Positions 7,282 to 17,030 of a DNA stretch of 30,622 nt are shown in pieces; position 1 is the first letter of the stretch; every line of letters begins with the position of its first letter. The DNA is from Myxococcota bacterium. GTDB lineage: Bacteria > Myxococcota_A > Polyangia > Polyangiales > Houyiibacteriaceae. Under the pieces are notes generated by a model. The model had not been told where the DNA came from. It saw nothing but the letters and a program-made list of their open reading frames with translations, and did no database searches. The stretch spans positions 1 through 30,622 of the forward strand of contig JBCDGX010000001.1 in the NCBI GenBank assembly GCA_038750805.1, in the 5' to 3' direction. Both the position numbers and the translations under genes were made by a program.

Positions 7282-9705
7282 ATGGTAGCGGACGGCTTGA
7301 GCCGAGGGGGAGCACGCGGCGCGGCGAACGCCGACGAGACGCCGGAGGCGGGCTCCGGGGACGCCGAGCGCGAGCGCGTCGTCGCCGAAGAGGAGAAGGT
7401 CCTCGCCCGCGTGAACCGCACCCTGAGCGCCCGCCGGACGGACCGGCGCGGTCCGGGCATCGATTACGACGCCGAGCTCCTCGCCCTCCGCGACCAGATC
7501 CGCACCGCCCGCCTCGAGGACATCCCGCCGCTCGTCGAGGAGATGGAGCGGATGCAGCAGGTGGCCGCGCGCCGCGCCAAGGTCGTCGACAGCATGGTCG
7601 ACGCCAGCTCGCCCTATTTCGGCCGGCTCGTGCTCGAGGAGAACGAGCGCAAGCGCGAGGTCCTCATCGGCCGCGCGACCTTCCTCGACTCGAAGACCGG
7701 GGTCCGCATCGTCGACTGGCGCGACGCGCCGGTGAGCCGGATCTACTACCGCTACGAAGAGGGCGACGACTACGAAGAGCAGTTCGGCGACCGGGACGTC
7801 GAGGGCGACGTGCTCGTCCGGCGCTCGCTCTCCATCGGGCAGGCCGTGCTCAAGCGCATCGCCTCGCCGCAGGGCACCTTCGTCCGGAAGAGCGACGGGA
7901 GCTGGCTCCGTGCGGGCGCGAGCGCGACGACCCTGAGCGGCGGCCAGGGCGCGGCCATGCGCCCCGAGAAGCACAGCAAGCCCGGCACGCTCGGCACCGG
8001 CGAGGGCGACAACGGCGAGGACAAATCCCTCGGCGAGGTCACGGCGCTCATCGACGCCCGCCAGTTCGAGCTGATCAGCCGCCCGACGAGCGGGCTGGTG
8101 GTCATCCAGGGCGGCGCCGGCAGCGGCAAGACGACCATCGGCCTGCACCGGCTGGCCTACCTCGCGTTCCAGGACAAGCGGCGCTTCCGCGGCGACCGCG
8201 TGATGGTCCTGGTCTTCAACGACGCGCTCGTCCGCTACATCTCGCGCGTGCTCCCGGCCCTCGGCGTCGAGGACGTGCCAGTCACGACCTACGAGCGCTG
8301 GGCGAGCAAGCTCCGCATCCGGGCCGTGCCGCACCTCCCGAAGGCCTACGCCGAGGACACGCCCTCGGTGGTCACCAGGCTGAAGAAGCACCCGGTGATG
8401 CTGAAGCTCATCGATGCCTACGCGGACGACGTCGCCGCCGAGGTCGAGGAGGCCGTCACGAGCACGGGCAAGACCCTCGAGGGCGGCGGCCGTGCGCTCC
8501 GGGTGTGGCGCGCTTCGGCCGGCGAGGCCCCGGGCCGTCGCACGGCGGAGCTCCTCGGTTGGCTTCGTTCCGGCGAGGGCAAGAAGCTCCCGAACCGCAC
8601 GCGGCTCGCCATCGAGCGCGCCTGCGAGCGCTCCGGCGTCCGGGCCGAGGACATCGTCGACGCCTGGGGCGAGCTCCTCACGAGCCTCCCGCGCCTCGAG
8701 GCGGCCTTCGCGGCGCACGCGCCCGACGCCTTCACGCAGCGCGAGCTCGAGTGGGTGCACGCCTGGTGCGCCCGGCGCATCCCGGCGGCCCAGAACTGGC
8801 GCGAGGAGGAGCTCGAGCGCATCGCGGACGGCGAGTCCCGGCGCGCGCCGACCACCGAGGGAGTCGACGGGGCCGACGAGCACGAGATCCCCGCCCTCGA
8901 CCGCGAGGACGACGCCGTCCTCCTCCGGCTCCACCAGCGCCTCAAGGGCCCGCTCCCGGGCCGCTCGCGGAAGGACCGGCTCGCCTACGAGCACGTCTTC
9001 GTCGACGAGACGCAGGACCTGAGCCCCCTCGAGCTGGCCGTCGTGCTCGACACGACGACCAAGCAGCGGAGCGTCACGCTCGCCGGCGACACCGCGCAGA
9101 AGCTCTACATGGAGAACGGTTTCAGCGACTGGAAGAGCGTGCTCGGCGACCTCGGCCTCGACCACGTGCAGATCGAGCCCCTCCGCCTGAGCTACCGCTC
9201 CACGGTCGAGATCATGGAGCTCGCGAACGCGGTGCTCGGGCCGCTCAAGAAGGAGGACGGGGGCCGGGCGGTGCGCCACGGCGCCCCCGTCGAGCTCTTC
9301 CGCTTCACCGGGAGCGGGGAGGCCGTCGCTTTCCTCTCGGAGGCGCTGAGGAACCTCGCCCGGAGCGAGCCCCTGGCGTCCGTGGCGGTGATCTCCCGCT
9401 ACCCGGAGCAGGCGGACCTCTACTTCAAGGGGCTGAAGCGCGGTGAGGTGCCGAACCTCCGGCGTATCGCGGACCAGGACTTCCCCTTCCGGCCGGGCGT
9501 CGACGTGACCGACGTCCGCCAGGTGAAGGGCCTCGAGTTCGACTACGTTGTCTGCGTCGACACCAACAGCTCGACCTATCCCATCGAGGACGAGGCGCGG
9601 CACCTCCTCCACATCGCGACGACGCGCGCCGCGCACCAGCTCTGGATCGTCTCGACGGGGTCGCCCTCGATGCTGCTCCCCGAGTCGCTTCGCTCGCAGG
9701 TCTGA
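7282..9705 (+). CDS. helD: HelD-like superfamily-1 ATPase (RNA polymerase recycling motor/UvrD-like)
   Basis: N-terminal SPYFGRL, VLIGR and IVDWRDAPVSRIYY, typical of HelD. Walker A GGAGSGKTT, FVDETQD, LAGD.AQ, SYRST, VKGLEFD and HIATTRA. GGAGG precedes ATG 7282. Confidence 0.8.
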   Translation: MVADGLSRGGARGAANADETPEAGSGDAERERVVAEEEKVLARVNRTLSARRTDRRGPGIDYDAELLALRDQIRTARLEDIPPLVEEMERMQQVAARRAKVVDSMVDASSPYFGRLVLEENERKREVLIGRATFLDSKTGVRIVDWRDAPVSRIYYRYEEGDDYEEQFGDRDVEGDVLVRRSLSIGQAVLKRIASPQGTFVRKSDGSWLRAGASATTLSGGQGAAMRPEKHSKPGTLGTGEGDNGEDKSLGEVTALIDARQFELISRPTSGLVVIQGGAGSGKTTIGLHRLAYLAFQDKRRFRGDRVMVLVFNDALVRYISRVLPALGVEDVPVTTYERWASKLRIRAVPHLPKAYAEDTPSVVTRLKKHPVMLKLIDAYADDVAAEVEEAVTSTGKTLEGGGRALRVWRASAGEAPGRRTAELLGWLRSGEGKKLPNRTRLAIERACERSGVRAEDIVDAWGELLTSLPRLEAAFAAHAPDAFTQRELEWVHAWCARRIPAAQNWREEELERIADGESRRAPTTEGVDGADEHEIPALDREDDAVLLRLHQRLKGPLPGRSRKDRLAYEHVFVDETQDLSPLELAVVLDTTTKQRSVTLAGDTAQKLYMENGFSDWKSVLGDLGLDHVQIEPLRLSYRSTVEIMELANAVLGPLKKEDGGRAVRHGAPVELFRFTGSGEAVAFLSEALRNLARSEPLASVAVISRYPEQADLYFKGLKRGEVPNLRRIADQDFPFRPGVDVTDVRQVKGLEFDYVVCVDTNSSTYPIEDEARHLLHIATTRAAHQLWIVSTGSPSMLLPESLRSQV

Positions 9706-9783
9706 GCCCTGGCCGGCGATGCCGAGGACGCGCTCCGGGGGCAGCGACGCGCGGCGTTTCCGGCCTGGGATCGCGCGCGCATC

Positions 9784-11379
9784 GTGCATGACGATGGCGA
9801 CCTGATCGCCGTCGACAAACCCGCCGGCGTACCGAGCCAGGCCGCTGGCGAGCGCCGGGACGACGTGCCCGCCCGGCTCCGCCGTCACCTCGAGGCGCGG
9901 GGCGAGGACGGCTACCTGGGCATTCACCAGCGTCTCGACCAGGAGACCTCCGGCGTGCTCGTGTACGCGCGCCGGAAGGCGATGAACGCGGGTCTCGCGC
10001 GCGCCTTCGAGGGCCGCGAGGTGACCAAGACCTACGTGGCCGCGGTCACGGGCTGGCGCGGGGGAGCGCGGACGCTCCGGGACCGGCTGGCGTCGCGCCG
10101 GGGCGGCGGCACGCGGGTGCTCGGCCCGCGCGAGCGCGCGAAGGACGCGCGGGAGGCCCTCACGCACGTCGCCGTCCGGGCGCGGTGCGGCGCGCGCGCG
10201 CTCCTCGACGTGCGCATCGAGACCGGGCGGACCCATCAGATCCGCGCCCAGCTCGCCCACGCCGGGGCGCCCATCGCCGGCGACGGCGCGTACGGCGGTG
10301 AGCCGGCCGCACGCCTCTTTCTCCACGCCGCCGGGCTCCGCCTCGCGCACCCGGCGACGGGCCGCCCCATCGAGCTCGGGGCGCCGCTGCCCCCGAGCTT
10401 CATCCGCTGGCTCGAGGGGAAGCCGCCGCTGCCCTGGGAGGAGGCCCTCGACGCCGCCTTCCCGCGGCGCTTCGGCCTGGCCCACGCCGCCTTCGAGCCC
10501 GAGGCCACCACCTGCTTCCGCCTCGTCGATCTCGGCGACGGCGTGCCGGGCACGCGCGTCGACGTCTACGACCGCTGGGCCGTGATCCACGACTACGGCG
10601 GCGCGCCGAGCGCCCTCGGCGACGCGCTCGTCGCCCGCGGCTTCGCCGGCGTGTACCTCAAGGCGCGCCCGAAGAAGGCGAGCGATGCGGACATCGCGGA
10701 GCTGGCCCCGGCTGCGCCCATCGCGGGCGAGCCGGCCCCGCAAGAGCTCGTGGTCCGCGAGCACGGCATGGCCTTCGGGGTCCGCCTCGGCGACGGGCTC
10801 TCCACCGGGCTCTTCCTCGACCAGCGCGCGGCGCGGGCTCGGCTCCGGGCGTCGGCGGCGGGCGCGCGCGTCCTCAACCTCTTCGCCTACACGGGGCCCT
10901 TCACCGTCGCCGCGCTGGCCGGCGGGGCGCAGGAGGTCACGAGCGTCGACGTGTCCGCGCCGGCGCTCGAGCGCCTTCGCGCGAACGTCGCGCGCGGAGG
11001 CTTCGCGGCCCAGCCCGTCGTGCGCGGCGACGCCTTCCGCTACCTCGAGCGCGCGGCCCGCCAGGGGAAGACCTGGGACGTCGTCGTCTGCGACCCGCCC
11101 ACCTTCGCCACCACCAAGGGGAGGCGCTGGACGAGCGGCGCGGGCTGGGTGGAGCTGGCGGCGCGCTGCTTCGCCCTCACCCGCCCGGGCGGCGTCGCGC
11201 TCCTCAGCAGCAACGACCGGCGCATGTCCCAGGCGGCGTTCCGCCGCCACGTGCACGAGGGCGCTCGCGCGGCGGGCGCCCGCCGCGCGCGCCTGCATGA
11301 CGTGAAGAGCGACGGCGCCGTGCGCCCGCCCTTCGGGACGGAGCCGTCGACGAAGCGCCTCTGGGCCGAGCGCGCTTGA
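9784..11379 (+). CDS. Fusion of RluA-family pseudouridine synthase and RlmI/RlmK-like SAM-dependent rRNA methyltransferase
   Basis: N-terminal half: DKPAG, HQRLDQETSG, KTY.A, TGRTHQIR and PIAGD..YG. C-terminal half: GLSTGLFLDQR, VLNLFAYTG, SVDVS and DVVVCDPPTF. True 5-prime end is uncertain (see findings). Confidence 0.87.
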   Translation: MHDDGDLIAVDKPAGVPSQAAGERRDDVPARLRRHLEARGEDGYLGIHQRLDQETSGVLVYARRKAMNAGLARAFEGREVTKTYVAAVTGWRGGARTLRDRLASRRGGGTRVLGPRERAKDAREALTHVAVRARCGARALLDVRIETGRTHQIRAQLAHAGAPIAGDGAYGGEPAARLFLHAAGLRLAHPATGRPIELGAPLPPSFIRWLEGKPPLPWEEALDAAFPRRFGLAHAAFEPEATTCFRLVDLGDGVPGTRVDVYDRWAVIHDYGGAPSALGDALVARGFAGVYLKARPKKASDADIAELAPAAPIAGEPAPQELVVREHGMAFGVRLGDGLSTGLFLDQRAARARLRASAAGARVLNLFAYTGPFTVAALAGGAQEVTSVDVSAPALERLRANVARGGFAAQPVVRGDAFRYLERAARQGKTWDVVVCDPPTFATTKGRRWTSGAGWVELAARCFALTRPGGVALLSSNDRRMSQAAFRRHVHEGARAAGARRARLHDVKSDGAVRPPFGTEPSTKRLWAERA

Positions 11380-11388
11380 GCGCGGGGC

Positions 11389-12303
11389 TCAGGCCGCGGC
11401 GAGGCGCACGGCGTCGTCGTCCGCGGCCAGCTCCCGGGCGCGCTCGCGGAGCGCGTCGACCACGGCCTCGGTGCGGCCGGGGAGCGTGATGGACGGCCGG
11501 TGCGCGACGAAGAGGCGCTCGCTCGGCAGTCCGGCCCCGAGGCCGACGAGGCCGGCCCGGCGCCCCACGGCCACCGGGAGCACCGCCACGAAGCCGCCGC
11601 TGGCGGTCGCGTTCACGAGCTCGGCCTCCCGGGCGACGCGCATGGCGATGCGCCGCCGCCGGTGGATGGGCCAGCGGTCGTGCTCGCCCTCGGAGCCGAA
11701 GAGCGCCGCGAAGGGCGCCTCCGCGAGGCCCTCGATGCGGGCCTCGCCGGTCTTCGTGGTGAGCGGATGCTCGGGCGCCGCGAAGACGTCGTAGCTGAGC
11801 TCGAGGAGCGGCGAGACCGTGAGCGCGTCGTCCTCGGGGAGAGTCGGCGCGAGCGCGACGTCGATCACTCCGCGCCGGAGGAGCCCGGCCATCTCGCGTT
11901 CGACCACGTCGTGGAGGTGCGGGACGAGGCGCGGGTGATCGCTCGTCACCCGACCGAGCGCGGGGAGCACGAGCGGCGTGGCGAGCGCGCCGGCCGCCGC
12001 GACGTGCACCGGGCCGAGGAACTGGGAGGCCTCCACGGCCTGGAGCCCCTCGTGCACGGTCCGCATGGCATCGCGCACCGCCCGGAGGAAGGCTTCGCCG
12101 GCGGCGTTGAGCACGATGCGGCGCCCGGTGCGGTCGAAGAGCGGCGTCCCCGCCGCGTCCTCGAGCAGCCGGATGCTCCGCGAGAGCGCGCTCGGCGTGA
12201 CGTGGAGCGCCTGCGAGGCGCTGGGAAGGTGCTGGGTCTCGGCGACCACCCGGAAGGCCGGGAGCCAGCTCCACAGCTCGTGCAAACGGCGTACGCGCTC
12301 CAT
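11389..12303 (-). CDS. LysR-family transcriptional regulator
   Basis: N-terminal wHTH FRVVAETQHLPSASQALHVTPSALSRSIRLLED..G.PLFDRTGR. Substrate-binding domain with LLRRGVIDVAL. Confidence 0.92.
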   Translation of the reverse strand: MERVRRLHELWSWLPAFRVVAETQHLPSASQALHVTPSALSRSIRLLEDAAGTPLFDRTGRRIVLNAAGEAFLRAVRDAMRTVHEGLQAVEASQFLGPVHVAAAGALATPLVLPALGRVTSDHPRLVPHLHDVVEREMAGLLRRGVIDVALAPTLPEDDALTVSPLLELSYDVFAAPEHPLTTKTGEARIEGLAEAPFAALFGSEGEHDRWPIHRRRRIAMRVAREAELVNATASGGFVAVLPVAVGRRAGLVGLGAGLPSERLFVAHRPSITLPGRTEAVVDALRERARELAADDDAVRLAAA

Positions 12304-12339
12304 GATGGGGAGCCGTACGTTCGAGAAAGCGAGACGGTT

Positions 12340-13740
<1,401 letters not shown>

Positions 13741-13771
13741 TGCCTTCTCGGACGCGCGAGCGCGGCGTTGG

Positions 13772-15658
13772 CTACGCCGGCGCCTCGGTCGGGAGCGCGT
13801 CGTCCTCGGGGACGGCGATGCCCGCCAGCGCGAGGAGCCGGAGCGCGTTGCTCGTCTTCACGACGCCCTCGCGGAGCCGGTAGTCGAAGACCATCTCGCC
13901 TTCGTGGAGCACGTCCGTGAAGTGCACGTTCGCCACCCCCGGGCGCTCGTCCGCGAGGCGGGCGAGGGCCACGTCGTGCGTGGCCGCGAGCCCGAGCGCG
14001 CCGTGGTCCAGCAGGTGCGTGAGCACGGCGCGCGCGCCGATGTGCCGGGCCCGGGCGTTGGTGCCCCGGAGGAGCTCGTCGAGGAGGAAGAAGAGCGGCG
14101 GCGTGTCCCCGGCCTCGGCGACCACGGAGCGGAGCTTCGTCAGCTCGGCGCGGAAATAGCTCGCGCCGCGCTGGAGCGAGTCGTCGACCCGCATGCTCGC
14201 GCGGAGGCGGACCCGGGAGGTGCGGAAGGCGCCGGCGACGACCGGCCCGCCGGCGAAGGCCAGCGCGAGGTTCAGCCCCACGGCCCGGAGCAGCGTCGAC
14301 TTCCCCGCCATGTTCGAGCCGGTGACGATGAGCGCCCCGGGGAGCCCCGGGAGGCCCACGTCGTTGGCGACGCGCCCGGCCGGCGGCAGCAGCGGATGCG
14401 CGAGCGCCTTGGCTGCGAGGGGCGTCGGCGCGTCGGCGATCTCCGGGAAGCGCGCTGCCGGGTCCTGGTCGAGGAGCGTCGCGAGGCTCGCGAGGGCCTC
14501 GAGCTCGGCGAGGGCTTCGAAGGCGCCGTCGAGCCCTTCGCCGACCTCGGCGGTCCAGCGTTCCAGGCGCAGGAGCACGTTCAGGTCCCAGAGCAGGCCG
14601 AGGTTCACGAAGATGTGGACGAGGAACTGCGTGTGGAGCTCGGCGAGCCCGGCCCAGCGGTCGAGGCGCGCGAGGTAGGCCGAGGGCGGCGCGCCCGCCA
14701 CGTGCACGCGCTCGCGCAGCGCCTCGAGGCGCGCGCTCTCGAAGCGCCGCGTCTCCACCGCCTCCAGCATGGTGCGGAAGGCCTCGACGTAGCCGCGGCG
14801 GGCCGCGACGAGCTGGAAGGCCTCCACGGCCCGGAAGCCGAAGCGCCAGGCGACGAGCACCTGGACCGTGGCGAGCCCGGCGATGACGAGGCCCGGGACG
14901 AGCCCCGCGCCCGCGAGCGCCGCGGCCGCGAGCGTCGCGATTGGAAGCACCTGAACGAGCAGCGCGAGCGGCGACCCGTGCACGAGCGCCTCCCGGCGCG
15001 TGAAGGTGAGGAAGGGCTCCGGGTCGAGCTTCGGGGCCCGCTCGCGTCCGCGGCTCCGGGCCAGCGCGCGGCGGCCGCGCGCTGCGAAGGCCTCGAGGTC
15101 CTCGCGGAGCTCGAGCGCTTCTGCGAGCTCCGCCACCGCGGCCTGCCGGGCGGCGATCTCCGCCTCTTCCGCCGGCGCACCGAGCCAGCGGAGGAGGCAG
15201 GCTTCGCCGCCGGTGGTGTGCGTCACGTCGATGCGCTGCGCGAGGGAGCCCGCGCCCACGAGATCGATGTCCACCGCATAGGCATGGTCCGCGGGCATCG
15301 CCCCGGCGCCGGTCGGAGGCAGCTCCAGCCACGCGCCGCGCACGCGCTGGAGGTGGCGAGCGTGCACGGCCTCGCGGGCCTCGGCGTCCTCCTTCCGCGC
15401 GAGCACGCGGGCGTGTACCAGGACCAGCGCGACGAAGGCGAGGGCCGCGAGGGCCGCCGCGGCGCCAATCGCAGGCCCGCCGCCGCTGGCCGAGGCCCCC
15501 AGGACGACCGCCGCCAGGAACGCGCCGAGGCGCCCGAAGCTGAGCCGGTCGGCCTTCGCGCCGAGGGAGCGCGCCTCCGCCTCCCAGCGACCGCGGGCGG
15601 CCTCGTGGCGGGCCTCCGCGGGCGTCTGCTCGGGGCCGGCGTCGTCGCGTTCCTGCAC
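13772..15658 (-). CDS. Membrane-anchored MutS-family ATPase (domains III/V only)
   Basis: TGSNMAGKSTLLR, DDSLQRGASYFRAE, FLLDELLRGTN, ATHD and DYRLREG. N-terminal and central hydrophobic helices. No mismatch-binding domain I is evident. Confidence 0.9.
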   Translation of the reverse strand: MQERDDAGPEQTPAEARHEAARGRWEAEARSLGAKADRLSFGRLGAFLAAVVLGASASGGGPAIGAAAALAALAFVALVLVHARVLARKEDAEAREAVHARHLQRVRGAWLELPPTGAGAMPADHAYAVDIDLVGAGSLAQRIDVTHTTGGEACLLRWLGAPAEEAEIAARQAAVAELAEALELREDLEAFAARGRRALARSRGRERAPKLDPEPFLTFTRREALVHGSPLALLVQVLPIATLAAAALAGAGLVPGLVIAGLATVQVLVAWRFGFRAVEAFQLVAARRGYVEAFRTMLEAVETRRFESARLEALRERVHVAGAPPSAYLARLDRWAGLAELHTQFLVHIFVNLGLLWDLNVLLRLERWTAEVGEGLDGAFEALAELEALASLATLLDQDPAARFPEIADAPTPLAAKALAHPLLPPAGRVANDVGLPGLPGALIVTGSNMAGKSTLLRAVGLNLALAFAGGPVVAGAFRTSRVRLRASMRVDDSLQRGASYFRAELTKLRSVVAEAGDTPPLFFLLDELLRGTNARARHIGARAVLTHLLDHGALGLAATHDVALARLADERPGVANVHFTDVLHEGEMVFDYRLREGVVKTSNALRLLALAGIAVPEDDALPTEAPA

Positions 15659-15726
15659 GGGCCGCGGAACCTACCCGCGGGGGCGAGGCACGCCAAGCCG
15701 ACGGCGGCGCTGGTAGGGTGCGCGCG

Positions 15727-16866
15727 ATGGGGGGAGGCGCCGCGACCTTTGGCGACGAGGTGCAGGCATGCCGGGCGCGCCCAGAGCGCCCGCTCCACCG
15801 CGCGTTCCCCGCGCTCGCGGACGCGCTCCCCTGGTTCTCCCTCGGCGACTTCCCGACGCCGGTGGAGCCGCTCCGCCTCGGCGGGCGCGAGGACGTCTGG
15901 ATCAAGCGCGACGACCGGAGCTCGCCGGTCTACGGAGGCAACAAGGTCCGCACCCTCGAGGTGCTCTTCGCCCAGGCCGTTTCGAAGGGAGCGACGCGCA
16001 TCGTGGCCACCGGCGCCTACGGCACGAACCACGGCGCCGCGACCCTCCTCCACGCGCCCCGCGTGGGCCTCGAGCCCGAGCTGCTGCTCTTCCCGCAGCC
16101 GAAGAGCTACACGGCCCTCGAGAACCTCGAGCGCCTCGTCGGGGATGAGCGCCGCGCGCCGCTGCTCGACCTCCCGCACTGGTCCGCGCTGCCCTTCGGC
16201 ATGATCCGCGAGAAGCGCCGCGGGGCCGTCGTCATGCCGCCGGGTGGGGCGACGGCGACGGGCGCCATCGGCTATGCCTCGGCCGGCTTCGAGCTCGCCG
16301 AGCAGATCGCCGCGGGAGCGCTGCCACGGCCCGAGACGCTCGTCGTCGGCGTCGGCTCGACCTGCACCACGGCCGGGCTCCTCCTGGGCCTGCATCTCGC
16401 CGAGCGCCGGGGGCTCGGAGACGCGCCGCACGTGCGCGCGGTCCGCGTGACGCCCTGGCCGGTCACGGCACCCTGGCGCATCGTCGCGCTCGCCGTGCGT
16501 GCGGGGCGGCTCCTCGCCGAGCTCACGGGCGACGCCTCCGTCGCGTTGGGACGCGCCGAGCTCGCCCCGGGGCTCTCCGTCGAGGGCCGCGAGCTCGGGC
16601 GCGGCTACGGCTGCCCCACGGACGCCGGCATCGCGGCGATCCGGCGCTTCCGCGACGCCGGGGGGCCCGAGCTCGACACGACCTACAGCGCGAAGGCCGC
16701 GGCGGGCTTCCTGCGGCTCGTCGACGGGGCGGCGCCGGGACCGCTCCTCTTCTGGTCGACGAAGTCGAGTGCGCCGCTCCCCGAGGTCGTCCCCGCCGCG
16801 CTCGCCGCGTCCACGGGACGGGTCCAGCGCTGGGCGGAGCGGGCCCGTCGCTGGGAGAGACCCTGA
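15727..16866 (+). CDS. PLP-dependent D-cysteine desulfhydrase/ACC deaminase-family enzyme
   Basis: WIKRDD...YGGNKVR.LE, G.TNHG, PPGG....G.IGY, GVGSTCT.AGL, GYG and LDTTYSAKA. Start at ATG 15727 is supported by a -10-like element 7 nt upstream. Confidence 0.87.
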   Translation: MGGGAATFGDEVQACRARPERPLHRAFPALADALPWFSLGDFPTPVEPLRLGGREDVWIKRDDRSSPVYGGNKVRTLEVLFAQAVSKGATRIVATGAYGTNHGAATLLHAPRVGLEPELLLFPQPKSYTALENLERLVGDERRAPLLDLPHWSALPFGMIREKRRGAVVMPPGGATATGAIGYASAGFELAEQIAAGALPRPETLVVGVGSTCTTAGLLLGLHLAERRGLGDAPHVRAVRVTPWPVTAPWRIVALAVRAGRLLAELTGDASVALGRAELAPGLSVEGRELGRGYGCPTDAGIAAIRRFRDAGGPELDTTYSAKAAAGFLRLVDGAAPGPLLFWSTKSSAPLPEVVPAALAASTGRVQRWAERARRWERP

Positions 16867-16996
16867 GCGCGCGGGCCGTGCCGAGCGTGATCCCCTGCGG
16901 AGCTCGGGCGGGGCGTGCGCAGGGCGGGGCGGCTCGGCGACGGAGCGCGGAAAGGGCAAGGAGCTCGCGAGCGGGGCGCCCTCTCGAGCCGCGTCG

Positions 16997-17024
16997 TTGA
17001 CACGGATCGTGGGCTCGCCAGACT
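16997..17024 (+). promoter_or_regulatory. Sigma70-type promoter TTGACA-N16-CAGACT, 6 nt before GTG 17031 (leaderless candidate)
   Basis: Perfect -35 hexamer at 16997-17002 and -10-like hexamer at 17019-17024. Confidence 0.65.
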
Positions 17025-17030
17025 CCCGCC

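Noticed and set aside
7072-11298. Very long alternative-frame and antisense ORFs (1408 aa here; also 11500-13725, 13595-16204, 18533-20587, 20415-22205, 28835-30607 and others)
   Set aside because: They overlap genes with clear family motifs, are Arg/Ala/Gly/Pro-rich and have no motifs of their own. This is the expected result of stop-codon scarcity in GC-rich DNA.
15727-16866. Functional link between the H2S-producing desulfhydrase-like gene and the DUF2892/ECF locus
   Set aside because: They are about 11 kb apart with unrelated genes between, and no GAATCC-N16-WCTCT motif was seen upstream of this gene.
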